Shown here piece after piece: positions 1 to 11,982 of a DNA stretch of 64,000 nucleotides (positions are counted from its first letter, which is position 1; each line of letters begins with the position of its first letter). The stretch spans positions 24,924,001 to 24,988,000 of the forward strand of contig OZ059900.1 of assembly GCA_964057225.1 (NCBI GenBank). The letters are read 5' to 3'. Both the position numbers and the translations under genes were made by a program. Under the pieces are notes generated by a model, which saw nothing but the letters and a program-made list of their open reading frames with translations, ran no database searches and was not told the DNA's origin. Origin of the DNA: Auanema rhodensis. Lineage: Eukaryota > Animalia > Nematoda.

Positions 1-3000
1 GCTAGGTTTCATTGACATTGCATGAGTTTGAACACATGAAATCGTAAGTCAAAACCTAGTTTACAGCGAAATTTCCAAAAACTGGTTTTCCAGCATAATA
101 AAATATTTCTCATGGGAAATACTGTGTTTTTGTATTTTTCTAGTGTTCAGCATGTAAAATGATTCATTTTAGTATGTAACACGCTGAAATTCGTTGCATT
201 TGACGACTCATATGAACAAAAATCGATTTAATCAATATTAGCCATAAGGGGCGTGCCCTCAGAATATGCTAATTTCCTTAATTTTCTAACCCCTGTTTTT
301 TTGTCGTGAAAGTGGAACTAGACGTTGTACGAACAATTTTGAGCTAGGTTTCATTGACATTGCATGAGTTTGAACACATGAAATCGTAAGTCAAAACCTA
401 GTTTACAGCGAAATTTCCAAAAACTGGTTTTCCAGCATAATAAAATATTTCTCATGGGAAATACTGTGTTTTTGTATTTTTCTAGTGTTCCGCATGTAAA
501 ATGATTCATTTTAGTATGTAACACGCTGAAATTCGTTGCATTTGACGACTCATATGAACAAAAATCGATTTAATCAATATTAGCCATAAGGGGCGTGCCC
601 TCAGAATATGCTAATTTCCTTAATTTTCTAACCCCTGTTTTTTTGTCGTGAAAGTGGAACTAGACGTTGTACGAACAATTTTGAGCTAGGTTTCATTGAC
701 ATTGCATGAGTTTGAACACATGAAATCGTAAGTCAAAACCTTGTTTACAGCGAAATTTCCAAAAACTGGTTTTCCAGCATAATAAAATATTTCTCATGGG
801 AAATACTGTGTTTTTGTATTTTTCTAGTGTTCAGCATGTAAAATGGTTCATTTTAGTGTATGTAACACGCTGAAATTCGTTGCATTTGACGACTCATATG
901 AACAAAAATCGATTTAATCAATATTAGCCATAAGGGACGTGCCCTCAGAATATGCTAATTTCCTTAATTTTCTAACCCCTGTTTTTCTGTCGTGAAAGTG
1001 GAACTAGACGTTGTACGAACAATTTTGAGCTAGGTTTCATTGACATTGCATGAGTTTGAACTCATGAAATCGTAAGTCAAAACCTTGTTTACAGCGAAAT
1101 TTCCAAAAACTGGTTTTCCAGCATAATAAAATATTTCTCATGGGAAATACTACGTTTTTGTATTTTTCTAGTGTTCAGCATGTAAAATGCTTCATTTTAG
1201 TATGTAACACGCTGAAATTCGTTGCATTTGACGACTCATATGAACAAAAATCGATTTAATCAATATTAGCCATAAGGGGCGTGCCCTCAGAATATGCTAA
1301 TTTCCTTAATTTTCTAACCCCTGTTTTTTTGTCGTGAAAGTGGAACTAGACGTTGTACGAACAATTTTGAGCTAGGTTTCATTGACATTGCATGAGTTTG
1401 AACACATGAAATCGTAAGTCAAAACCTTGTTTACAGCGAAATTTCCAAAAACTGGTTTTCCAGCATAATAAAATATTTCTCATGGGAAATACTGTGTTTT
1501 TGTATTTTTCTAGTGTTCAGCATGTAAAATGGTTCATTTTAGTGTATGTAACACGCTGAAATTCGTTGCATTTGACGACTCATATGAACAAAAATCGATT
1601 TAATCAATATTAGCCATAAGGGGCGTGCCCTCAGAATATGCTAATTTCCTTAATTTTCTAACCCCTGTTTTTTTGTCGTGAAAGTGGAACTAGACGTTGT
1701 ACGAACAATTTTGAGCTAGGTTTCATTGACATTGCATGAGTTTGAACACATGAAATCGTAAGTCAAAACCTAGTTTACAGCGAAATTTCCAAAAACTGGT
1801 TTTCCAGCATAATAAAATATTTCTCATGGGAAATACTGTGTTTTTGTATTTTTCTAGTGTTCAGCATGTAAAATGATTCATTTTAGTATGTAACACGCTG
1901 AAATTCGTTGCATTTGACGACTCATATGAACAAAAATCGATTTAATCAATATTAGCCATAAGGGGCGTGCCCTCAGAATATGCTAATTTCCTTAATTTTC
2001 TAACCCCTGTTTTTTTGTCGTGAAAGTGGAACTAGACGTTGTACGAACAATTTTGAGCTAGGTTTCATTGACATTGCATGAGTTTGAACACATGAAATCG
2101 TAAGTCAAAACCTTGTTTACAGCGAAATTTCCAAAAACTGGTTTTCCAGCATAATAAAATATTTCTCATGGGAAATACTACGTTTTTGTATTTTTCTAGT
2201 GTTCAGCATGTAAAATGCTTCATTTTAGTATGTAACACGCTGAAATTCGTTGCATTTGACGACTCATATGAACAAAAATCGATTTAATCAATATTAGCCA
2301 TAAGGGGCGTGCCCTCAGAATATGCTAATTCCCTTAATTTTCTAACCCCTGTTTTTTTGTCGTGAAAGTGGAACTAGACGTTGTACGAACAATTTTGAGC
2401 TAGGTTTTATTGACATTGCATGAGTTTGAACACATGAAATCGTAAGTCAAAACCTTATTTACAGCGAAATTTCCAAAAACTGGTTTTCCAGCATAATAAA
2501 ATATTTCTCATGGGAAATACTTTGTTTTTGTATTTTTCTAGTGTTCAGCATGTAAAATGGTTCATTTTAGTGTATGTAACACGCTGAAATTCGTTGCATT
2601 TGTTGACTCATATGAACAAAAATCGATTTAATCAATATTAGCCATAAGGGGCGTGCCCTCAGAATATGCTAATTTCCTTAATTTTTTAACCCCTGTTTTT
2701 TTGTCGTGAAAGTGGAACTAGACGTTGTACGAACAATTTTGAGCTAGGTTTCATTGACATTGCATGAGTTTGAACACATGAAATCGTAAGTCAAAACCTT
2801 GTTTACAGCGAAATTTCCAAAAACTGGTTTTCCAGCATAATAAAATATTTCTCATGGGAAATACTGTGTTTTTGTATTTTTCTAGTGTTCAGCATGTAAA
2901 ATGCTTCATTTTAGTATGTAACACGCTGAAATTCGTTGCATTTGACGACTCATATGAACAAAAATCGATTTAATCAATATTAGCCATAAGGGGCGTGCCC

Positions 3001-3425
3001 TCAGAATATGCTAATTTCCTTAATTTTCTAACCCCTGTTTTTTTGTCGTGAAAGTGGAACTAGACGTTGTACGAACAATTTTGAGCTAGGTTTCATTGAC
3101 ATTGCATGAGTTTGAACACATGAAATCGTAAGTCAAAACCTTGTTTACAGCGAAATTTCCAAAAACTGGTTTTCCAGCATAATAAAATATTTCTCATGGG
3201 AAATACTGTGTTTTTGTATTTTTCTAGTGTTCAGCATGTAAAATGCTTCATTTTAGTATGTAACACGCTGAAATTCGTTGCATTTGACGACTCATATGAA
3301 CAAAAATCGATTTAATCAATATTAGCCATAAGGGGCGTGCCCTCAGAATATGCTAATTTCCTTAATTTTCTAACCCCTGTTTTTTGTCGTGAAAGTGGAA
3401 CTAGACGTTGTACAAACAATTTTGA

Positions 3426-6400
3426 GCTAGGTTTTATTGACATTGCATGAGTTTGAACACATGAAATCGTAAGTCAAAACCTTGTTTAGAGCGAAATTTC
3501 CAAAAACTGGTTTTCCAGCATAATAAAATATTTCTCATGGGAAATACTGTGTTTTTGTATTTTTCTAGTGTTCAGCATGTAAAATGATTCATTTTAGTAT
3601 GTAACACGCTGAAATTCGTTGCATTTGACGACTCATATGAACAAAAATCGATTTAATCAATATTAGCCATAAGGGGCGTGCCCTCAGAATATGCTAATTT
3701 CCTTAATTTTCTAACCCCTGTTTTTTTGTCGTGAAAGTGGAACTAGACGTTGTACGAACAATTTTGAGCTAGGTTTCATTGACATTGCATGAGTTTGAAC
3801 ACATGAAATCGTAAGTCAAAACCTTGTTTACAGCGAAATTTCCAAAAACTGGTTTTCCAGCATAATAAAATATTTCTCATGGGAAATACTACGTTTTTGT
3901 ATTTTTCTAGTGTTCAGCATGTGAAATGCTTCATTTTAGTATGTAACACGCTGAAATTCGTTGCATTTGACGACTCATATGAACAAAAATCGATTTAATC
4001 AATATTAGCCATAAGGGGCGTGCCCTCAGAATATGCTAATTCCCTTAATTTTCTAACCCCTGTTTTTTTGTCGTGAAAGTGGAACTAGACGTTGTACGAA
4101 CAATTTTGAGCTAGGTTTTATTGACATTGCATGAGTTTGAACACATGAAATCGTAAGTCAAAACCTTATTTACAGCGAAATTTCCAAAAACTGGTTTTCC
4201 AGCATAATAAAATATTTCTCATGGGAAATACTTTGTTTTTGTATTTTTCTAGTGTTCAGCATGTGAAATGGTTCATTTTAGTGTATGTAACACGCTGAAA
4301 TTCGTTGCATTTGACGACTCATATGAACAAAAATCGATTTAATCAATATTAGCCATAAGGGGCGTGCCCTCAGAATATGCTAATTTCCTTAATTTTTTAA
4401 CCCCTGTTTTTTTGTCGTGAAAGTGGAACTAGACGTTGTACGAACAATTTTGAGCTAGGTTTCATTGACATTGCATGAGTTTGAACACATGAAATCGTAA
4501 GTCAAAACCTTGTTTACAGCGAAATTTCCAAAAACTGGTTTTCCAGCATAATAAAATATTTCTCATGGGAAATACTGTGTTTTTGTATTTTTCCAGTGTT
4601 CAGCATGTAAAATGCTTCATTTTAGTATGTAACACGCTGAAATTCGTTGCATTTGACGACTCATATGAACAAAAATCGATTTAATCAATATTAGCCATAA
4701 GGGGCGTGCCCTCAGAATATGCTAATTTCCTTAATTTTCTAACCCCTGTTTTTTGTCGTGAAAGTGGAACTAGACGTTGTACAAACAATTTTGAGCTAGG
4801 TTTTATTGACATTGCATGAGTTTGAACACATGAAATCGTAAGTCAAAACCTTGTTTAGAGCGAAATTTCCAAAAACTGGTTTTCCAGCATAATAAAATAT
4901 TTCTCATGGGAAATACTGTGTTTTTGTATTTTTCTAGTGTTCAGCATGTAAAATTCTTCATTTAAGTATGTAACACGCTGAAATTCGTTGCATTTGACGA
5001 CTCATATGAACAAAAATCGATTTAATCAATATTAGCCATAAGGGGCGTGCCCTCAGAATATGCTAATTTCCTTAATTTTTTGACCACTGTTTTTTTGTCG
5101 TGAAAGTGGAACTAGACGTTGTACGAACAATTTTGAGCTAGGTTTCATTGACATTGCATGAGTTTGAACACATGAAATCGTAAGTCAAAATCTTGTTTAC
5201 AGCGAAATTTCCAAAAACTGGTTTTCCAGCATAATAAAATATTTCTCATGGGAAATACTTTGTTTTTGTATTTTTCTAGTGTTCAGCATGTGAAATGGTT
5301 CATTTTAGTGTATGTAACACGCTGAAATTCGTTGCATTTGACGACTCATATGAACAAAAATCGATTTAATCAATATTAGCCATAAGGGGCGTGCCCTCAG
5401 AATATGCTAATTTCCTTAATTTTTTAACCCCTGTTTTTTTGTCGTGAAAGTGGAACTAGACGTTGTACGAACAATTTTGAGCTAGGTTTCATTGACATTG
5501 CATGAGTTTGAACACATGAAATCGTAAGTCAAAACCTTGTTTACAGCGAAATTTCCAAAAACTGGTTTTCCAGCATAATAAAATATTTCTCATGGGAAAT
5601 ACTGTGTTTTTGTATTTTTCTAGTGTTCAGCATGTAAAATGCTTCATTTTAGTATGTAACACGCTGAAATTCGTTGCATTTGACGACTCATATGAACAAA
5701 AATCGATTTAATCAATATTAGCCATAAGGGGCGTGCCCTCAGAATATGCTAATTTCCTTAATTTTCTAACCCCTGTTTTTTGTCGTGAAAGTGGAACTAG
5801 ACGTTGTACAAACAATTTTGAGCTAGGTTTTATTGACATTGCATGAGTTTGAACACATGAAATCGTAAGTCAAAACCTTGTTTAGAGCGAAATTTCCAAA
5901 AACTGGTTTTCCAGCATAATAAAATATTTCTCATGGGAAATACTGTGTTTTTGTATTTTTCTAGTGTTCAGCATGTAAAATGCTTCATTTTAGTATGTAA
6001 CACGCTGAAATTCGTTGCATTTGACGACTCATATGAACAAAAATCGATTTAATCAATATTAGCCATAAGGGGCGTGCCCTCAGAATATGCTAATTTCCTT
6101 AATTTTCTAACCCCTGTTTTTTTTGTCGTGAAAGTGGAACTAGACGTTGTACGAACAATTTTGAGCTAGGTTTCATTGACATTGCATGAGTTTGAACACA
6201 TGAAATCGTAAGTCAAAACCTTGTTTACAGCGAAATTTCCAAAAACTGGTTTTCCAGCATAATAAAATATTTCTCATGGGAAATACTGTGTTTTTGTATT
6301 TTTCTAGTGTTCAGCATGTAAAATGCTTCATTTTAGTATGTAACACGCTGAAATTCGTTGCATTTGACTACTCATATGAACAAAAATCGATTTAATCAAT

Positions 6401-9400
6401 ATTAGCCATAAGGGGCGTGCCCTCAGAATATGCTAATTTCCTTAATTTTCTAACCCCTGTTTTTTTGTCGTGAAAGTGGAACTAGACGTTGTACGAACAA
6501 TTTTTAGCTAGGTTTCATTGACATTGCATGAGTTTGAACACATGAAATCGTAAGTCAAAACCTTGCTTACAGCGAAATTTCCAAAAACTGGTTTTCCAGC
6601 ATAATAAAATATTTCTCATGGGAAATACTGTGTTTTTGTATTTTTCTAGTGTTCAGCATGTAAAATACTTCATTTAAGTATGTAACACGCTGAAATTCGT
6701 TGGATTTGACGACTCATATGAACAAAAATCGATTTAATCAATATTAGCCATAAGGGGCGTGCCCTCAGAATATGCTAATTTCCTTAATTTTTTGACCACT
6801 GTTTTTTTGTCGTGAAAGTGGAACTAGACGTTGTACGAACAATTTTGAGCTAGGTTTCATTGACATTGCATGAGTTTGAACACATGAAATCGTAAGTCAA
6901 AATCTTGTTTACAGCGAAATTTCCAAAAACTGGTTTTCCAGCATAATAAAATATTTCTCATGGGAAATACTGTGTTTTTGTATTTTTCTAGTGTTCAGCA
7001 TGTAAAATGCTTCATTTTAGTATGTAACACGCTGAAATTCGTTGCATTTGACGACTCATATGAACAAAAATCGATTTAATCAATATTAGCCATAAGGGGC
7101 GTGCCCTCAGAATATGCTAATTTCCTTAATATTCTAACCCCTGTTTTTTTGTCGTGAAAGTGGAACTAGACGTTGTACGAACAATTTTGAGCTAGGTTTC
7201 ATTGACATTGCATGAGTTTGAACACATGAAATCGTAAGTCAAAACCTTGTTTAGAGCGAAATTTCCAAAAACTGGTTTTCCAGCATAATAAAATATTTCT
7301 CATGGGAAATACTGTGTTTTTGTATTTTTCTAGTGTTCAGCATGTAAAATGATTCATTTTAGTATGTAACACGCTGAAATTCGTTGCATTTGACGACTCA
7401 TATGAACAAAAATCGATTTAATCAATATTAGCCATAAGGGGCGTGCCCTCAGAATATGCTAATTTCCTTAATTTTCTAACCCCTGTTTTTTTGTCGTGAA
7501 AGTGGAACTAGACGTTGTACGAACAATTTTGAGCTAGGTTTCATTGACATTGCATGAGTTTGAACACATGAAATCGTAAGTCAAAACCTTGTTTACAGCG
7601 AAATTTCCAAAAACTGGTTTTCCAGCATAATAAAATATTTCTCATGGGAAATACTACGTTTTTGTATTTTTCTAGTGTTCAGCATGTAAAATGCTTCATT
7701 TTAGTATGTAACACGCTGAAATTCGTTGCATTTGACGACTCATATGAACAAAAATCGATTTAATCAATATTAGCCATAAGGGGCGTGCCCTCAGAATATG
7801 CTAATTCCCTTAATTTTCTAACCCCTGTTTTTTTGTCGTGAAAGTGGAACTAGACGTTGTACGAACAATTTTGAGCTAGGTTTTATTGACATTGCATGAG
7901 TTTGAACACATGAAATCGTAAGTCAAAACCTTATTTACAGCGAAATTTCCAAAAACTGGTTTTCCAGCATAATAAAATATTTCTCATGGGAAATACTTTG
8001 TTTTTGTATTTTTCTAGTGTTCAGCATGTGAAATGGTTCATTTTAGTGTATGTAACACGCTGAAATTCGTTGCATTTGACGACTCATATGAACAAAAATC
8101 GATTTAATCAATATTAGCCATAAGGGGCGTGCCCTCAGAATATGCTAATTTCCTTAATTTTTTAACCCCTGTTTTTTTGTCGTGAAAGTGGAACTAGACG
8201 TTGTACGAACAATTTTGAGCTAGGTTTCATTGACATTGCATGAGTTTGAACACATGAAATCGTAAGTCAAAACCTTGTTTACAGCGAAATTTCCAAAAAC
8301 TGGTTTTCCAGCATAATAAAATATTTCTCATGGGAAATACTGTGTTTTTGTATTTTTCTAGTGTTCAGCATGTAAAATGCTTCATTTTAGTATGTAACAC
8401 GCTGAAATTCGTTGCATTTGACGACTCATATGAACAAAAATCGATTTAATCAATATTAGCCATAAGGGGCGTGCCCTCAGAATATGCTAATTTCCTTAAT
8501 TTTCTAACCCCTGTTTTTTGTCGTGAAAGTGGAACTAGACGTTGTACAAACAATTTTGAGCTAGGTTTTATTGACATTGCATGAGTTTGAACACATGAAA
8601 TCGTAAGTCAAAACCTTGTTTAGAGCGAAATTTCCAAAAACTGGTTTTCCAGCATAATAAAATATTTCTCATGGGAAATACTGTGTTTTTGTATTTTTCT
8701 AGTGTTCAGCATGTAAAATACTTCATTTAAGTATGTAACACGCTGAAATTCGTTGCATTTGACGACTCATATGAACAAAAATCGATTTAATCAATATTAG
8801 CCATAAGGGGCGTGCCCTCAGAATATGCTAATTTCCTTAATTTTTTGACCACTGTTTTTTTGTCGTGAAAGTGGAACTAGACGTTGTACGAACAATTTTG
8901 AGCTAGGTTTCATTGACATTGCATGAGTTTGAACACATGAAATCGTAAGTCAAAATCTTGTTTACAGCGAAATTTCCAAAAACTGGTTTTCCAGCATAAT
9001 AAAATATTTCTCATGGGAAATACTTTGTTTTTGTATTTTTCTAGTGTTCAGCATGTGAAATGGTTCATTTTAGTGTATGTAACACGCTGAAATTCGTTGC
9101 ATTTGACGACTCATATGAACAAAAATCGATTTAATCAATATTAGCCATAAGGGGCGTGCCCTCAGAATATGCTAATTTCCTTAATTTTTTAACCCCTGTT
9201 TTTTTGTCGTGAAAGTGGAACTAGACGTTGTACGAACAATTTTGAGCTAGGTTTCATTGACATTGCATGAGTTTGAACACATGAAATCGTAAGTCAAAAC
9301 CTTGTTTACAGCGAAATTTCCAAAAACTGGTTTTCCAGCATAATAAAATATTTCTCATGGGAAATACTGTGTTTTTGTATTTTTCTAGTGTTCAGCATGT

Positions 9401-11982
9401 AAAATGCTTCATTTTAGTATGTAACACGCTGAAATTCGTTGCATTTGACGACTCATATGAACAAAAATCGATTTAATCAATATTAGCCATAAGGGGCGTG
9501 CCCTCAGAATATGCTAATTTCCTTAATTTTCTAACCCCTGTTTTTTGTCGTGAAAGTGGAACTAGACGTTGTACAAACAATTTTGAGCTAGGTTTTATTG
9601 ACATTGCATGAGTTTGAACACATGAAATCGTAAGTCAAAACCTTGTTTAGAGCGAAATTTCCAAAAACTGGTTTTCCAGCATAATAAAATATTTCTCATG
9701 GGAAATACTGTGTTTTTGTATTTTTCTAGTGTTCAGCATGTAAAATACTTCATTTAAGTATGTAACACGCTGAAATTCGTTGCATTTGACGACTCATATG
9801 AACAAAAATCGATTTAATCAATATTAGCCATAAGGGGCGTGCCCTCAGAATATGCTAATTTCCTTAATTTTTTGACCACTGTTTTTTTGTCGTGAAAGTG
9901 GAACTAGACGTTGTACGAACAATTTTGAGCTAGGTTTCATTGACATTGCATGAGTTTGAACACATGAAATCGTAAGTCAAAATCTTGTTTACAGCGAAAT
10001 TTCCAAAAACTGGTTTTCCAGCATAATAAAATATTTCTCATGGGAAATACTTTGTTTTTGTATTTTTCTAGTGTTCAGCATGTGAAATGGTTCATTTTAG
10101 TGTATGTAACACGCTGAAATTCGTTGCATTTGACGACTCATATGAACAAAAATCGATTTAATCAATATTAGCCATAAGGGGCGTGCCCTCAGAATATGCT
10201 AATTTCCTTAATTTTTTAACCCCTGTTTTTTTGTCGTGAAAGTGGAACTAGACGTTGTACGAACAATTTTGAGCTAGGTTTCATTGACATTGCATGAGTT
10301 TGAACACATGAAATCGTAAGTCAAAACCTTGTTTACAGCGAAATTTCCAAAAACTGGTTTTCCAGCATAATAAAATATTTCTCATGGGAAATACTGTGTT
10401 TTTGTATTTTTCTAGTGTTCAGCATGTAAAATGCTTCATTTTAGTATGTAACACGCTGAAATTCGTTGCATTTGACGACTCATATGAACAAAAATCGATT
10501 TAATCAATATTAGCCATAAGGGGCGTGCCCTCAGAATATGCTAATTTCCTTAATTTTCTAACCCCTGTTTTTTGTCGTGAAAGTGGAACTAGACGTTGTA
10601 CAAACAATTTTGAGCTAGGTTTTATTGACATTGCATGAGTTTGAACACATGAAATCGTAAGTCAAAACCTTGTTTAGAGCGAAATTTCCAAAAACTGGTT
10701 TTCCAGCATAATAAAATATTTCTCATGGGAAATACTGTGTTTTTGTATTTTTCTAGTGTTCAGCATGTAAAATGCTTCATTTTAGTATGTAACACGCTGA
10801 AATTCGTTGCATTTGACGACTCATATGAACAAAAATCGATTTAATCAATATTAGCCATAAGGGGCGTGCCCTCAGAATATGCTAATTTCCTTAATTTTCT
10901 AACCCCTGTTTTTTTTGTCGTGAAAGTGGAACTAGACGTTGTACGAACAATTTTGAGCTAGGTTTCATTGACATTGCATGAGTTTGAACACATGAAATCG
11001 TAAGTCAAAACCTTGTTTACAGCGAAATTTCCAAAAACTGGTTTTCCAGCATAATAAAATATTTCTCATGGGAAATACTGTGTTTTTGTATTTTTCTAGT
11101 GTTCAGCATGTAAAATGCTTCATTTTAGTATGTAACACGCTGAAATTCGTTGCATTTGACTACTCATATGAACAAAAATCGATTTAATCAATATTAGCCA
11201 TAAGGGGCGTGCCCTCAGAATATGCTAATTTCCTTAATTTTCTAACCCCTGTTTTTTTGTCGTGAAAGTGGAACTAGACGTTGTACGAACAATTTTTAGC
11301 TAGGTTTCATTGACATTGCATGAGTTTGAACACATGAAATCGTAAGTCAAAACCTTGCTTACAGCGAAATTTCCAAAAACTGGTTTTCCAGCATAATAAA
11401 ATATTTCTCATGGGAAATACTGTGTTTTTGTATTTTTCTAGTGTTCAGCATGTAAAATACTTCATTTAAGTATGTAACACGCTGAAATTCGTTGCATTTG
11501 ACGACTCATATGAACAAAAATCGATTTAATCAATATTAGCCATAAGGGGCGTGCCCTCAGAATATGCTAATTTCCTTAATTTTTTGACCACTGTTTTTTT
11601 GTCGTGAAAGTGGAACTAGACGTTGTACGAACAATTTTGAGCTAGGTTTCATTGACATTGCATGAGTTTGAACACATGAAATCGTAAGTCAAAATCTTGT
11701 TTACAGCGAAATTTCCAAAAACTGGTTTTCCAGCATAATAAAATATTTCTCATGGGAAATACTGTGTTTTTGTATTTTTCTAGTGTTCAGCATGTAAAAT
11801 GCTTCATTTTAGTATGTAACACGCTGAAATTCGTTGCATTTGACGACTCATATGAACAAAAATCGATTTAATCAATATTAGCCATAAGGGGCGTGCCCTC
11901 AGAATATGCTAATTTCCTTAATATTCTAACCCCTGTTTTTTTGTCGTGAAAGTGGAACTAGACGTTGTACAAACAATTTTGA
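3426..11982 (+). repeat. Higher-order duplication: 11-mer (M11-21, 3426-7190) followed by a copy expanded to a 14-mer (M22-35, 7191-11982)
   Basis: Diagnostic variants occur in the same order in both copies: TTAGAGC+GATTC, TACTACG+TTCCC, CCTTAT+TG insertion, T6, TGACCAC, AATCTTG, T8, GACTAC, TTGCTTAC, AATATTCT. The extra 3-mer 9587-10613 duplicates 8560-9586. Confidence 0.85.

Noticed and set aside
12-103. Bacterial -35 TTGACA (12-17) and polyadenylation-like AATAAA (97-102)
   Set aside because: There is no properly spaced -10 element and no gene context. Such hexamers are expected by chance in 66% AT sequence.
199-222. Hammerhead ribozyme, as known from newt, schistosome and cave-cricket satellites of broadly similar unit size
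   Set aside because: There is no CTGANGA core on either strand. The closest matches are TTGACGA (200-206) and minus-strand CTGAGGG, and neither is followed by a stem II plus GAAA in the required geometry. An Infernal/RNAMotif search would be the definitive test.
1-342. Primate alpha-satellite dimer (2 x 171 bp) or another named satellite assigned on length
   Set aside because: The length coincides, but I see no alpha-satellite sequence similarity beyond a partial TTCGTTG motif. Length alone cannot identify a family or organism.
1-342. 5S rRNA, tRNA, snRNA or spliced-leader tandem gene unit
   Set aside because: I recognise no 5S, tRNA cloverleaf, A/B-box pair or SL sequence. The T7 run at 296-302 alone is not evidence of a Pol III gene.
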